A DNA stretch of 64,000 nucleotides from NCBI GenBank assembly GCA_964490765.1, contig CAZBDV010000001.1:50685-114684 (forward strand), written 5' to 3'. Every line of letters starts with the position of its first letter. Positions within the stretch are counted from its first letter, which is position 1. The notes under the pieces were generated by a model. It was not told the DNA's origin. It did no database searches and saw only the letters and a program-made list of their open reading frames with translations. This document shows, piece by piece, positions 20,801 through 30,608 of this stretch. The position numbers were made by a program, and so were the translations under genes. Source of the DNA: an uncultured Candidatus Cloacimonadota bacterium (GTDB lineage: Bacteria; Cloacimonadota; Cloacimonadia; Cloacimonadales; JAJBBL01).

Positions 20801-20955
20801 AAACATTGCAACCTCAAACTCAGGCAGGCCAGCAGGAGAAGCTGAGCTGGGATCTAAAGCAGAACAACGGTAGGCAGGTTGGAAGTGGTATATATTTCAT
20901 CCGCATGATCGGTAAAGAAGAGGTCATCAACCGCAGGGTTATGATTATAAAATAA
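17860..20955 (+). CDS. secreted S8 (subtilisin-like) serine peptidase with FN3-like and chitobiase-C-like modules and a C-terminal FlgD-Ig/T9SS-CTD-like domain
   Basis: Signal peptide and propeptide; catalytic triad motifs VLDTG, HGHGTHCAG and SGTSMATP; C-terminus YPNPF...IYNIKGQLVK...GSGIYFIR...MIIK. Confidence 0.93.
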   Translation: MRKLHVLILLMLLAICQISALNLEKGTADLNNALRDLKDPTEMLPVIVVMKDQYDSQLLYDRVSNLSRDLRRATTIVVLSSFSEQSQSEIRNILLDMEAEGMVDELRFLWITNVISLNAVGEALVLLDRRGDIDRIEYDPLRPALIGFDNDYENNEENIKVQTDRSGREIVYNVNLMNVPDVWDQGFLGAGVTVAVLDTGVNYNHTDIVDRMWTHDDYPNHGYNFINNTHATLDDHGHGTHCAGTIAGDGTSGSQTGVAPASQIMALKVLDSGGNGQQSGVWDAIQFSVTNGADVMSLSLGWLHAWNPDRVSFRNAMNNALTAGVVASVAAGNEGNQQYMYPIPSNIRTPGDCPPPWLHPDQTLTGGISAVISVGATDASDNIANFSGRGPVTWQDVPPFNDYGYNPGIGLIRPDVVAPGVDIKSLVHYNNNGYRLMSGTSMATPNNAGVIALLLSKDPTMLPEEVSEVLETSALPLSTTKSNTFGSGRVDALAAINMVTADNPPNPATHPNPADGEDSVALMPTLSWSNGGGALSYFFSLGTDNPPTNLVSGYLTAEAFYQISEYLESETLYYWQVDSMNDNGTTEGEVWSFTTGLPVSEDFESGDFSGYDWQFTTAGTGVQEWYVTTDESNSGIYSARSGQADDSCITTLFITLEVAEPGVISFYRKVSTEEHYDFLRFFINTTVVGQWSGEMNWGYESYEVQPGTYTFRWLYLKNASNSGGEDAVWIDDITFPPLVQEEPPIIIPDNLCYELDLEYIHLTWELPEEREDELPVLLGYNIYQAIDQDDDYTLLNPEPVEDNEYHILISAAGEHNYYVTAVYDLGESEPSEAVHITIDPSPSDPIIDPPGGEYDHTVTVTIETDDPEVSVFYTVDETEPDTESLLYSEPIEIIADLILKIRAYKEGSLPGEVLTHEYTFTSSAGDDLAELFTDMKIYPNPFILNNPGLRNSKSLTINLQLGKDSGPVQIEIYNIKGQLVKTLQPQTQAGQQEKLSWDLKQNNGRQVGSGIYFIRMIGKEEVINRRVMIIK

Positions 20956-20991
20956 GCAGTCAGGATTCAGAGTCTCTGAAACGTATATAAT

Positions 20992-21027
20992 AAAAAAGGG
21001 TAGTCGCTCGACTACCCTTTTTTTTTT
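20992..21027. terminator. bidirectional intrinsic terminator
   Basis: AAAAAAGGGTAGTCG-ct-CGACTACCCTTTTTTTTTT. Confidence 0.92.
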
Positions 21028-21051
21028 CTATGAATGTATCTACTTGATCAA

Positions 21052-24000
21052 TCAGCTCTCAGATTTTGGTTTCAGGATATCTTCCGGTATTTCTTTGAAC
21101 TTGATCTTTTCTATAACCGTATAGATAACCGGGATAATCAACAGGGTGAAAAATGTGGCTGTAATCAAACCACCGATAACAGTTAAAGCCATAGGCACTT
21201 TTATTTCCGCGCCTTCACCAGTACTTAGCGCCATTGGCAGCATACCCATAATTGTTGTTATAGCTGTGATCAAAACAGGCCTGAGCCTGTCCGAACCGGC
21301 CTGCAGAATAGCTTTATGATCTTCAATGCCACCACGGCGTAATTGATTAGCATGATCAATTAGAACAATACCGTTATTCACCACAATACCGGTGAGGATA
21401 ATCCCACCGATGAAGCTGGCAACCGAAAGGGTTATGCCGGTGAAGAAGAGGATCAGGAATACACCGATAGCAGCCAGAGGAATGGTGAACATGACAACAA
21501 AGGGCTGCTTGAGTGATTCAAACTGCGAAGCCATAACGAGATAGACAAGGACAATAGCCAGGATCAATGCGATACCGAGAGTCTTGAATGCTTCCTGCAT
21601 ATCCTGGTAGGTACCACCGAATTCGATAAAATAACCTGAAGGTAGTTCGCTGATAATATCCTGTATACCATCCCTGACATTACCCACTACGCCACCGACA
21701 TTCCTAGTACCCGTTATACCTGCTGTTACAGTAACTTTGCGTGTCTGATTTTCCCGGAATATTCTGATGGGTCCTTGAGAGTATTCTATAGTAGCGATCT
21801 GGTTCAACGGGATGGTAAAACCACGGGGAGAGGGAATATTGAGTTGCATTATATCTGCTTCCGTCTGTCGGTATTTCTCATCCATTCTTACCCGTATATC
21901 AACCTCTTCACCGGCACGCCTGTAGACACCTGCAAAAGAACCCAGGGTTGCTGTATGGATAGTGGAAGCTATCTGAGCGGTAGTAAGGCCATATTGATAG
22001 GCTTTCTCTTTTTCTATTACAATCTGGGCTTCCTGTTTAGCATCTCGCATCGAATTGGTTATATCAGTTACATGCTCGATGTCTGCAATACGATTCTCAA
22101 TTCTCGCTGCGATATCAGCAAGCTGAGAAAGGTCTCTACCGAATATTTTGATCTCGATCGGATTAGAAGATCCACCTGACATCTCAGCCATAGAGAGGAA
22201 ATGGAATTCGCCACCCTCGATCTCCGGTAATCTCTCTCTAATTCTCTCTCGAATCTCTTCACTTGAAGATCGGCGATCTTTCATACGATAGAGTCTGGCT
22301 ACAATCTGGGCTTCGTTCACGTCCTGGGGGTTACTCGTGTCCATCATCCCCTCTTCCATTGGGCCTATGATAGACATAACATTCATTATACCCTCAGTCT
22401 CAAGGAAGACCTGTTCCACCTGACTCACCACATTATCTGTCTCTTCTAAAGCCGATCCGATCGGGAGTTTTAGGTTCATAATCAGAAAGATCATATCCTG
22501 CTCGGGCATGAACTCGGTTCCGATAACGAAGAGGAGGGCAAAGGAAGAGAAAAATATCACTGCAACCGTAACCAGAGTTGCCCGTCGATGCCTTAGTAGT
22601 TTATTGAGAATCTTTAGATAATGCTTCTTGAACCGTTCGAACAGTTTTTTAGATTTCTGGACCGGTGTAGCGCTATTATCGGTTTTGAAAATGTAGGAGG
22701 CAAAGACTGGTACGATAGTCAGGGCAACGAAAAGTGAGGCAAAGAGTGAAAAGGCGACCGTCAAAGCTAACCCCCTGACCAGTGCACCGGTAATCCCCTC
22801 ACTGAAAACCATCGGTACGAATACAGCTATTGTTGTCAGGGTTGAGGCTGTAATAGCAAGCCCTACTTCTGATGCACCATCTGCGGCAGATTTTATCTTC
22901 GATTTTCCCATCTCAAGATGCCTGTAGATGTTTTCTATCACAACTATGGAATTATCTACCAGCATTCCAACCCCGAGCGCAAGGCCACCTATCGTCATAA
23001 GGTTAAGGCTGAAATCGGCTAAATAGAGGGCAACAAAGGTTGCTACAACAGAAATTGGAATGGCAAAAGAGATAGCGAGGGTAGGGCGCCAGTTTCTCAA
23101 AAAGAGAAACATGACCAATATAGCCAGTAACCCACCGATCAGTAAATTGGAAGCAGCTCCTGTTGTAACGTTCTGAATCGGGAGTCCGAGGTCCATAACT
23201 TCATGAAAGTTGATTTGCTCGCCATAATCCTCCTGGATTCTCTCTATCTCAGTCTTTATCCGGCTGGATACTCTCAGTGTATTAGCACCAGCCTCTTTGG
23301 AAACCCACATATAGGCTGTAGGTTGCTGATTCGAACGGAGCTTATAACGCTTCTCTTTTATCCCTTCTTCAACCCTAGCGATATCTCTAATATAGATTAT
23401 CTGCCCGCTCTGAGTCATCCTTACCGGTGTGTTGCGTATATCTTCCAGATCCTCATATAGAGCCACAGTCCTGAGCAGGTACTCATCCTTACGATTCTGG
23501 ATATGACCTGCTGCCATATTGAGATTGCTTGAGCCAACAGCCATTACGATCTCTTCCAGTGTGATTCCATAAAAATCGAGTCGGTTCTTATCAACAATAA
23601 TCTGTTGTTCCGGCTCTTCACCACCCATAACAGTGACAGATGCGACACCGCTCAACTGGTTAAGCCGTATTGATATCTCATCTTCTAATAGCTTAAGGAG
23701 ATCCTGGCCACTCATATCACCGATAACACCGTAACTGATCACAGGTATCTGAGCAATATCGAATTTAAAAACCAGAGGTCTGGACACCTCCCGGGGTAGA
23801 TAGCCCGCTATCTGATCTACTGCATCGCGCAGATCCTGTGCAGCGAAGTCCAGATTAGTACCCCATTCGAATTCTACCATTAGTACCGAATAACCTTCAA
23901 TACTGAATGATTCGTAGGATTTGATATCTCTGACAGTAGCAATTGCCTGTTCTATCGGTCTGGTAAGAGATTCTTCAATATCTTCAGGTGATACCCCCTG

Positions 24001-24153
24001 ATACGATGTCATTATGGAGACAATAGGATAATCCATATCGGGGAGGAGTTCCAGGCCAAGCCTGGAGAAGGATATTCCACCAAGGATGATGATCAAAACA
24101 GTCATCATCATAATAGTTACTCTACGTTTTACTGAAAATTCCGGGATTTTCAT
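21052..24153 (-). CDS. RND efflux transporter permease (AcrB/AcrD/AcrF family)
   Basis: 1033 aa with two large periplasmic loops; VGMLVDNSIVVIENI, GIVVNNGIVLID and RLRPVLIT. Confidence 0.95.
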   Translation of the reverse strand: MKIPEFSVKRRVTIMMMTVLIIILGGISFSRLGLELLPDMDYPIVSIMTSYQGVSPEDIEESLTRPIEQAIATVRDIKSYESFSIEGYSVLMVEFEWGTNLDFAAQDLRDAVDQIAGYLPREVSRPLVFKFDIAQIPVISYGVIGDMSGQDLLKLLEDEISIRLNQLSGVASVTVMGGEEPEQQIIVDKNRLDFYGITLEEIVMAVGSSNLNMAAGHIQNRKDEYLLRTVALYEDLEDIRNTPVRMTQSGQIIYIRDIARVEEGIKEKRYKLRSNQQPTAYMWVSKEAGANTLRVSSRIKTEIERIQEDYGEQINFHEVMDLGLPIQNVTTGAASNLLIGGLLAILVMFLFLRNWRPTLAISFAIPISVVATFVALYLADFSLNLMTIGGLALGVGMLVDNSIVVIENIYRHLEMGKSKIKSAADGASEVGLAITASTLTTIAVFVPMVFSEGITGALVRGLALTVAFSLFASLFVALTIVPVFASYIFKTDNSATPVQKSKKLFERFKKHYLKILNKLLRHRRATLVTVAVIFFSSFALLFVIGTEFMPEQDMIFLIMNLKLPIGSALEETDNVVSQVEQVFLETEGIMNVMSIIGPMEEGMMDTSNPQDVNEAQIVARLYRMKDRRSSSEEIRERIRERLPEIEGGEFHFLSMAEMSGGSSNPIEIKIFGRDLSQLADIAARIENRIADIEHVTDITNSMRDAKQEAQIVIEKEKAYQYGLTTAQIASTIHTATLGSFAGVYRRAGEEVDIRVRMDEKYRQTEADIMQLNIPSPRGFTIPLNQIATIEYSQGPIRIFRENQTRKVTVTAGITGTRNVGGVVGNVRDGIQDIISELPSGYFIEFGGTYQDMQEAFKTLGIALILAIVLVYLVMASQFESLKQPFVVMFTIPLAAIGVFLILFFTGITLSVASFIGGIILTGIVVNNGIVLIDHANQLRRGGIEDHKAILQAGSDRLRPVLITAITTIMGMLPMALSTGEGAEIKVPMALTVIGGLITATFFTLLIIPVIYTVIEKIKFKEIPEDILKPKSES

Positions 24154-24222
24154 CCTTTAACCTCTAATGTAAATCTTATCTGTTCTCTGAATCAGTTTAT
24201 TAACTATCAAATCAACCCATTC

Positions 24223-25242
24223 TTAATCGATGATATTGACCGGATAGTTATCTGTCAGGCCTATATTACCAAGGATAATTACCTGATCGCCAGCTGCTAT
24301 ACCGCTGATAACCTCTACTTCAATATTTGAAGAAATTCCGGTTTCCACTTCTCTTCTGATAGCTCGATTATTTTTGACAACGTATGCTGTGTTGTTGTTC
24401 AATATTGCTGCAGCTGGTACTACAACTGCATTCTTAACTTCATCAGTCGAGATGAATATCCTGGTGAATTGATTATGCCTTAAAATAGAGTTCTCCTCTT
24501 CAATAATAATTTCGCAGCGGAAGGTACCAGAATAAGGGTCAGCCTCGCTGGAAATGAAACTTACATATCCCTCCAGCGCTTTATCGGGTAAAGCGTCAAC
24601 TCTGGCCGTAGCTCTCATACCGATCTCTGTTCGAGCATAATCTCTGTCTGAGAGTTGTGTTACCGCCTTCATCCTGGTCAGAGACAGTATCTTTACCAGT
24701 GCAGGGAGAGACATCGGTGTGTAATTTTCGCCCTCTTTGAGGGCAATTGTAACAATCTTTCCATCGATAGGTGCCTTGATTCTGGTATTCTCCAGAGCAT
24801 ACTCAAAGTTACGTTTGGCTATCTGATAAGCTGTTTCAATCTCCTCAAAACTCTGCTGATCTATTGCATCATTACGAAAGAGTTCGCTCATTCTCCAGTA
24901 ATTTCTTTCCAGATTCTGGTAATTCTGTTCAGCCTGGATAAGATTGAGATCGTCCAGTTCCAACAGTAGATCACCTTTGCTGACAACATCACCTTCCCGG
25001 ACATGAATCTTATCGATCTTACCGTTAATTGAAGGGGCAATATTGACATAAACATCGGATTGAATCCTGCCGGTCGTCTCAATTCCGGCATAAAAGTCTT
25101 TACGAACAGCTTCTGCAATTCTTACGTTACGTTCTGCAATAGCGGAAGTACGTGTGTTATTGTGCTGCTCTTCATCACGTGAACAACCGAAAACAAGTGT
25201 AAAGATTATTATAGGGATTATCAGGAGAGGAAACTTTTTCAT
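24223..25242 (-). CDS. RND efflux periplasmic adaptor (MFP)
   Basis: Lipobox VFGC, VREGDVVSKGDLL and IKAPIDG. Confidence 0.92.
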   Translation of the reverse strand: MKKFPLLIIPIIIFTLVFGCSRDEEQHNNTRTSAIAERNVRIAEAVRKDFYAGIETTGRIQSDVYVNIAPSINGKIDKIHVREGDVVSKGDLLLELDDLNLIQAEQNYQNLERNYWRMSELFRNDAIDQQSFEEIETAYQIAKRNFEYALENTRIKAPIDGKIVTIALKEGENYTPMSLPALVKILSLTRMKAVTQLSDRDYARTEIGMRATARVDALPDKALEGYVSFISSEADPYSGTFRCEIIIEEENSILRHNQFTRIFISTDEVKNAVVVPAAAILNNNTAYVVKNNRAIRREVETGISSNIEVEVISGIAAGDQVIILGNIGLTDNYPVNIID

Positions 25243-26633
25243 CTATCCCCCTTTAAGGTTCTATATTTATTTAACTCATAAATTGCTATGATAAAGTCAT
25301 AATAGGCCGAAATTACGTTACTCTCTGCAACGAAAAGCATCGTCTCTGCATCGAGAAACTCACTGCTGGTCAACATTCCCTGCTCGAATAGATTACGCAG
25401 TATATAGTAATTCTCTCTGGCATATTCCAGCCCAGTCTGGTTACTCTCTACCTGCAGAGCATTTGTTATGAGTTGCTTGGAGACTCTGCGGGTTTCAATG
25501 ATATAATAATCTTCCATTGCTGATGTAGCAAGATCTGTCTGTCGCTTTTCAGCTCTTACTTTGCGAAGGTTAGTATAATTAGCTCCCCCTTTGAACAGAG
25601 GAAAGGATAATACCGCCGCCAGGTTCCAGTTGCTGTCACCCGAAAGATCAAGCTTATCGTCGTTCTCTAGTTCATAACTGAATTGTAGATTCAGGCTGGG
25701 CAAAAAGTTACCTTTAGCCATTGAATAGTTCTTTCTGACTATATCCCTGGTGAGCTCGATGTTCTGTATCTGGGGGTTGTATCTTTTCAGTGATTCAACA
25801 TTATCAGCCACAAAGTCCTCGATCTCTGCCCGATCGAAGGCAGCATATTGAGAAATTTCTTCGTCATAGTTTGCGAGATCAATCGCTTCCGGATGATATA
25901 GGATCTCAGGGTAACCGAGCATACTATTCCAGTGCTCGAGCAGTATTTCGATCGTATAATCAATCTCCCGTTGTGTGGTTCGATACTCCTGTAATCTAAC
26001 CTGCCACTGCAGGACATCACTCTCTTTTGCCATTCCCAGTTCTTTCATATGAGAAACGTTATGGAGGTTGGCACTGGCCGAAGTGATATTCTTATCAACT
26101 GTTTCGCTAAGGTCCTGCATTTTCAGTATATTGAGGTAGGTGTCTGCAACCCGATGCCTGATGTCATTCTCTCTTTCTGTAACCGTTTGCTCGGCCTGTT
26201 TACGGGCCAATCTCGCTATCTGGTATCCCAGAAAGATCTTGCCGCCGTTAAAGATCGGTTGTTGCACAGTAAAACCTGTATTATAGGTCGTTCGGTACAG
26301 GCCGTTCATACTGGCTGCAGAAAAGGGGATATAGTCACCTGTGGGTATATTGTTGGGTCCGAATACGGGAATTTTATGGACCTCTGTAGCCCTGTTGTAA
26401 GTTTCATCGTCTATTCTTACGGCTCTGGCATTGAAACTCGCCTGCGGGAAAAAATTGCTCAAGACATTATGCTGCGCCCATTTGGCCGCTTCGTATCCTT
26501 GCTCCTCTGCCAGTAATTCTTTGTTGTTCTCCAGAGCAAGATCGATACTCTCTTCCAAGGTAAGTGGCGTGGTGGCCATAATGCCCGAAATATGCATCAA
26601 GAGTATAATCAAAACCAATTTAATTCTTGTCAT
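25239..26633 (-). CDS. TolC-family outer membrane efflux protein
   Basis: Signal peptide, LEESIDLALENN, QPIFNGG and FLPSLNL. Confidence 0.92.
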   Translation of the reverse strand: MTRIKLVLIILLMHISGIMATTPLTLEESIDLALENNKELLAEEQGYEAAKWAQHNVLSNFFPQASFNARAVRIDDETYNRATEVHKIPVFGPNNIPTGDYIPFSAASMNGLYRTTYNTGFTVQQPIFNGGKIFLGYQIARLARKQAEQTVTERENDIRHRVADTYLNILKMQDLSETVDKNITSASANLHNVSHMKELGMAKESDVLQWQVRLQEYRTTQREIDYTIEILLEHWNSMLGYPEILYHPEAIDLANYDEEISQYAAFDRAEIEDFVADNVESLKRYNPQIQNIELTRDIVRKNYSMAKGNFLPSLNLQFSYELENDDKLDLSGDSNWNLAAVLSFPLFKGGANYTNLRKVRAEKRQTDLATSAMEDYYIIETRRVSKQLITNALQVESNQTGLEYARENYYILRNLFEQGMLTSSEFLDAETMLFVAESNVISAYYDFIIAIYELNKYRTLKGDR

Positions 26634-26668
26634 GGTTTCCTCTCAGTTGGCATTTTATGAATTTGGGA

Positions 26669-26697
26669 AAGAAATTATCGGGTACCTAATTTGTCAA
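26669..26697 (-). promoter_or_regulatory. putative promoter of tolC-MFP-RND operon 2
   Basis: Minus strand TTGACA at 26697-26692; the -10 is weak. Confidence 0.35.
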
Positions 26698-26764
26698 TAA
26701 ATTTATGTAACCATTTATCGTCATAACGTCTTTAACTACTTACCTGACATACTATCCTGACTGA

Positions 26765-26969
26765 CAATCCATCACCATTTCCGTCTTAGAGCTGAGAATT
26801 GGTAAAAAACAAAGGGTGTTTATCTATCTGAAACAACCTTCATAAAAACCCGCACCGGGATCATCAGCTTCTCTATTCACTGTTTAGGTGAAGAAATAAG
26901 CCCGGGATATATAAACACCCCGGTTGATCTGAGATCGTGCTCTAAATCGGCTTATATTGAATCGGATTG
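26765..26969 (+). ncRNA. candidate structured ncRNA, 6S-RNA-like rod with central bubble
   Basis: Nested pairings: CAATCC/GGATTG, CCGTCTTAGAGC/GCTCTAAATCGG, an unpaired bubble, GGGTGTTTATCTATC/GATATATAAACACCC, CCGGG/CCCGG, GCTT/AAGC and TTCAC/GTGAA. Strand is uncertain. Confidence 0.35.
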
Positions 26970-27035
26970 GTGACTGAACTGATTTTCCTTGCTGCAGGGA
27001 AAGAAAATCGCAGTATTGATTTGCATCATCTATTA

Positions 27036-27076
27036 GGAAGTACTATAGTCGGTAGTGAGCCGACTATAGTTCTTCC
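27036..27076. terminator. strong hairpin downstream of the MATE gene (terminator or 3' stabiliser)
   Basis: GGAAG-t-ACTATAGTCGG...CCGACTATAGT-t-CTTCC; no clear U-tract. Confidence 0.6.
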
Positions 27077-27133
27077 CAATGGTTAAGCTGAAAAATGTGG
27101 GGGAGCGTTTAAAACAGGGGCAAATGAACTTAA

Positions 27134-28507
27134 TTATTTACTATATTCTATCTTCTTGTTCAGTTTCTTCATTTCTCGCAGGATAAATATAGTTGTCAGT
27201 ATTACAGACCCGATATCGGCCAGCGGTGCAGAGAGCCAGACACCTCTAACTCCTATATAGTGGGGGAGAATGAGCAGTATCGGGAGTAAAAGTATGACCT
27301 GCCTGGAGAGTGAGAGGAACATTGCCATAGCTGGTTTCCCTGTAGCTTGAAAATAACTGGTCGAGACAATCTGAAATCCAATAATAGGCAATAGGAAAAG
27401 AAACGTCCTCAATCCTGTAGATGCTATATCAATCAATTCCTGATTATTACTACTGAATATCGATACAAGTTGTGCAGGGAAGAGCATTATAACGATGTAT
27501 CCCGTAACACAAACACCAGTAGCGAATAGTATGCCTCTCTGTAGAGCCCTTTTTACACGCTTATATTTTCTGGCACCGTAGTTGAAGCCTATTATCGGTT
27601 GTACACCCTGGTTTATTCCAAAGCAGGGCATCAGGATAAACATAGTCAGGCTATGAATAATACCCATTGCAGCAATGGCAATATCTCCACCGTGATGAGC
27701 GAGAGTGCGGTTAAAGAACAGCCAGATAACACTGGATGCCATTTGCATCATAAAGAAAGAAGAACCGAGCGCTATGATACTCTTTATTATAAACCATTTA
27801 GGAAGTAAATTCCTGATCTTGATATTGAGAGTACTCCTTTTACCGAAGAAATAGGAAAACACCCATAAAGCAGCACAGAATTGGGCTATAATTGTTGCCA
27901 GAGCTGCTCCCTGAACCCCCATATTCAGTCCGAAAATGAATATCGGATCAAGGATGATATTGATAATCGCTCCACCCAACATTGTTATCATTGCTATGTT
28001 GGGATTTCCCTCAGCCCGGATGAAGTTATTCATTCCGAAACCGATATTCATAAATACCGCGCCGAAAAGAATTATCCTCATATAAGCTTTGGAGTATGGA
28101 AGAACCTCGCTGCTGGCACCGAAAAATGTCAGTAATGGTTCGAGGAAGATCGAGCCGATTACAGTGATAGCAAGTGCAAAGACAACAAAGAGGGTGACAG
28201 CATTACCCAAGATCAGTTCTGCTATACCCTTACGGCCTTCACCCAGCCTGATAGAGATCAGAGCTGTAGCTCCCAGTCCTATCAACATACTGAATGCCAT
28301 GATAACCAGCATGATGGGGAAACCAATGGTCAAGCCCGACAGTGCTAATGGGCCGACACCCTGCCCAATAAATACCCTGTCAACAACGTTATATATAGCA
28401 TTGACAGTCATTCCCATTATTGCCGGAATAGAGAAACGGATCAATAATCTACTGATCCTGTCTTCTCCCATTCTTCGAGTATGTTCCATTATATCAATCT
28501 CACTCAA
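27134..28507 (-). CDS. MATE family efflux transporter
   Basis: FSIPAIMGM...YNVVDRVFIG, IRAEGNP, NIILDPIFIF, GVQGAALAT and NYGA; about 12 TM segments. The start may be ATG 28489. Confidence 0.95.
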   Translation of the reverse strand: MSEIDIMEHTRRMGEDRISRLLIRFSIPAIMGMTVNAIYNVVDRVFIGQGVGPLALSGLTIGFPIMLVIMAFSMLIGLGATALISIRLGEGRKGIAELILGNAVTLFVVFALAITVIGSIFLEPLLTFFGASSEVLPYSKAYMRIILFGAVFMNIGFGMNNFIRAEGNPNIAMITMLGGAIINIILDPIFIFGLNMGVQGAALATIIAQFCAALWVFSYFFGKRSTLNIKIRNLLPKWFIIKSIIALGSSFFMMQMASSVIWLFFNRTLAHHGGDIAIAAMGIIHSLTMFILMPCFGINQGVQPIIGFNYGARKYKRVKRALQRGILFATGVCVTGYIVIMLFPAQLVSIFSSNNQELIDIASTGLRTFLFLLPIIGFQIVSTSYFQATGKPAMAMFLSLSRQVILLLPILLILPHYIGVRGVWLSAPLADIGSVILTTIFILREMKKLNKKIEYSK

Positions 28508-30608
28508 CTAACGAAAAGATCAGGTCAAAATCAATTCTCTCCAATTTAACGGTTAATCTGTCAAGAAGCCGGAAAACCCTCTTTCCCCTTTTCCCGATCA
28601 GTTCCATGTAACGAGAGTAGAAATTGTATTTATCATCTTTCAAAGATGAGAGGGGAATGATCCCCGATACCGGAAGATCATTCAATTCCACTATTATATT
28701 GTTGTTGTTCATATTGACTACCAATCCCTGATAAGTTTCACCAATTCTATCCTTCATAAACAGCTTTATGAACTGGTAAGAGGTCTCTCGTTCTGCATTA
28801 TCTGCCAGGCTCTCCTGCTCCGAAGCTCTGTCGGCAATTTCTTTGATTGTGTTAGGCTGAAAGTCAGCACCGTACTTCTGTTTCCATATATGCTGACGGA
28901 TCAGATGATGCACTGCCAGGTCACATATTCGCCGGATTGGGGAGGTGAAGTGGGTGTAGTATCTTGTTGCCAGGCCAAAATGTCCAATGGGTTCGGTGTC
29001 ATACCTCGCTTTCTTCATACTTCTCAGTATGATGGGATCGAAAACCCGATGATATTCTTCGTTGGGCATCGAAGTTAAGAGGCCCTGGATCAGTTTCTGG
29101 GTCTTCTGATTCTTTTTGTATTTCAGACGGTAATAGGTTAAAAGATCCAGAATCTTACGGACCGAATCTTCATCGGGGTACTCGTGAATTCTGTAAATTG
29201 CTTTTTTGCCTTTTCTGTGTAAGAGTTCGGCTGTATATTCATTGGCTAAAAGCATACAGTTCTCTATCAGCTTATGCGATTCTGTCTCCCTGCTTCTCGT
29301 TATGCCACTAAGATTACCATCTTCATCGAATTCGAATTCTGTATCGGGCATATCGAAAGGTATATAACCCCGGGCGTAACGTCTCTTACTCAACTCCTCC
29401 GACAGTTTGCGGAGTTCGAGCAGAATTTGCACTATTTCTGAAGGAATGGTATGCTCTCTCTCCTCGAAGAGATCATCTACTTCCTCATAATTCAAACGGG
29501 CAGAAGAACGGATCAGAGATTCGCAGACATACTGTTCTTCAATATTGTAATTTCTGTCGAAGGTAGTAACTACTGAGAGAGTAAGTTTGTCCTCGTCCGG
29601 CCTTAAACTGCAAATCTTGTTGGATAATCTTTCCGGTAACATTGGAATCACAGATCGAGGAAAGTAAAAACTATTACCGCGCTCAACTGCTTCATTAAAA
29701 AGGTTGTTACCCGGCCTTACATAATGTGTTACATCAGCTATATGTACGTATAATACATATTTGCCGTCTTTTATCTCTAATGATATCGCATCGTCATAGT
29801 CTTTGGCTGAGCTGGGATCGATTGTCAGGGTAGTGAGGTTACGGAAGTCTTTTCTTCTCTGGATCTCTTCTTCTGTGATTACTTCATCCAGCTTTGCTGC
29901 TTCGCCGATAACCTCCTCAGGGAACTCGAGTGGCAGGTCAAATTGTTTTATCAATGCGAGTTCTTCGGTTCTTGTATTCCCGGCCTTACCCAGAATTTCT
30001 GTTACCTTTCCTGCAGGTTTTTGGTTACTCTCGCGACTACCCCAATCTTCTATCTTCAGTAGTACCTTATCACCCTTTTTTGCATTGTTAAGGTCAGTAA
30101 TCTTGAAGGTAGTATGAATCATAGCCAGGTCGGGCAAGAAGTAATTTTTCCCCTGATAGTGGTCTATATTACCTGTCAGGTAGTCGTTAGCCCGTTTGTT
30201 AACCTTCATAACTTTGCCGTAGAGAAGACCACGACGTTTATATTTGATCTCAACGAGTACTTCATCATTATGATAGGCGTTGCTTATATCTTCGCTATCT
30301 ATGAAGATATCTCCATCGGGGCATTTCACAAAGGCGTAAGAATACCCTCTAACGAGAGAACCAGCATCAAAAATGCCAGTAACCATCTGCGATTGGGGAG
30401 AGGTCTTGATTCCGAACTGTCTGTTCTTCAGTACAACTTCTCCATCTCTCTTGAGTTTGTTCATCACCTCCTGCAGTATCTTATATTCGTGTTTACGGAG
30501 ATGGAGTGACTGGCTCAAATTCTTCAGTGAAAAGTAGTTATTCTTGTGGCTATCTAAAAATTCTAATACTCTGGATTCGATCTCAGCCTTACGAGTCTTT
30601 TTTGCCAT
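28500..30608 (-). CDS. rnr: ribonuclease R
   Basis: N-terminal HTH, cold-shock domains, TIDPSSAKDYDDA, HIADV, LIENCMLLAN, YTHFTSPIRR and an S1 domain. Confidence 0.93.
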   Translation of the reverse strand: MAKKTRKAEIESRVLEFLDSHKNNYFSLKNLSQSLHLRKHEYKILQEVMNKLKRDGEVVLKNRQFGIKTSPQSQMVTGIFDAGSLVRGYSYAFVKCPDGDIFIDSEDISNAYHNDEVLVEIKYKRRGLLYGKVMKVNKRANDYLTGNIDHYQGKNYFLPDLAMIHTTFKITDLNNAKKGDKVLLKIEDWGSRESNQKPAGKVTEILGKAGNTRTEELALIKQFDLPLEFPEEVIGEAAKLDEVITEEEIQRRKDFRNLTTLTIDPSSAKDYDDAISLEIKDGKYVLYVHIADVTHYVRPGNNLFNEAVERGNSFYFPRSVIPMLPERLSNKICSLRPDEDKLTLSVVTTFDRNYNIEEQYVCESLIRSSARLNYEEVDDLFEEREHTIPSEIVQILLELRKLSEELSKRRYARGYIPFDMPDTEFEFDEDGNLSGITRSRETESHKLIENCMLLANEYTAELLHRKGKKAIYRIHEYPDEDSVRKILDLLTYYRLKYKKNQKTQKLIQGLLTSMPNEEYHRVFDPIILRSMKKARYDTEPIGHFGLATRYYTHFTSPIRRICDLAVHHLIRQHIWKQKYGADFQPNTIKEIADRASEQESLADNAERETSYQFIKLFMKDRIGETYQGLVVNMNNNNIIVELNDLPVSGIIPLSSLKDDKYNFYSRYMELIGKRGKRVFRLLDRLTVKLERIDFDLIFSLVE

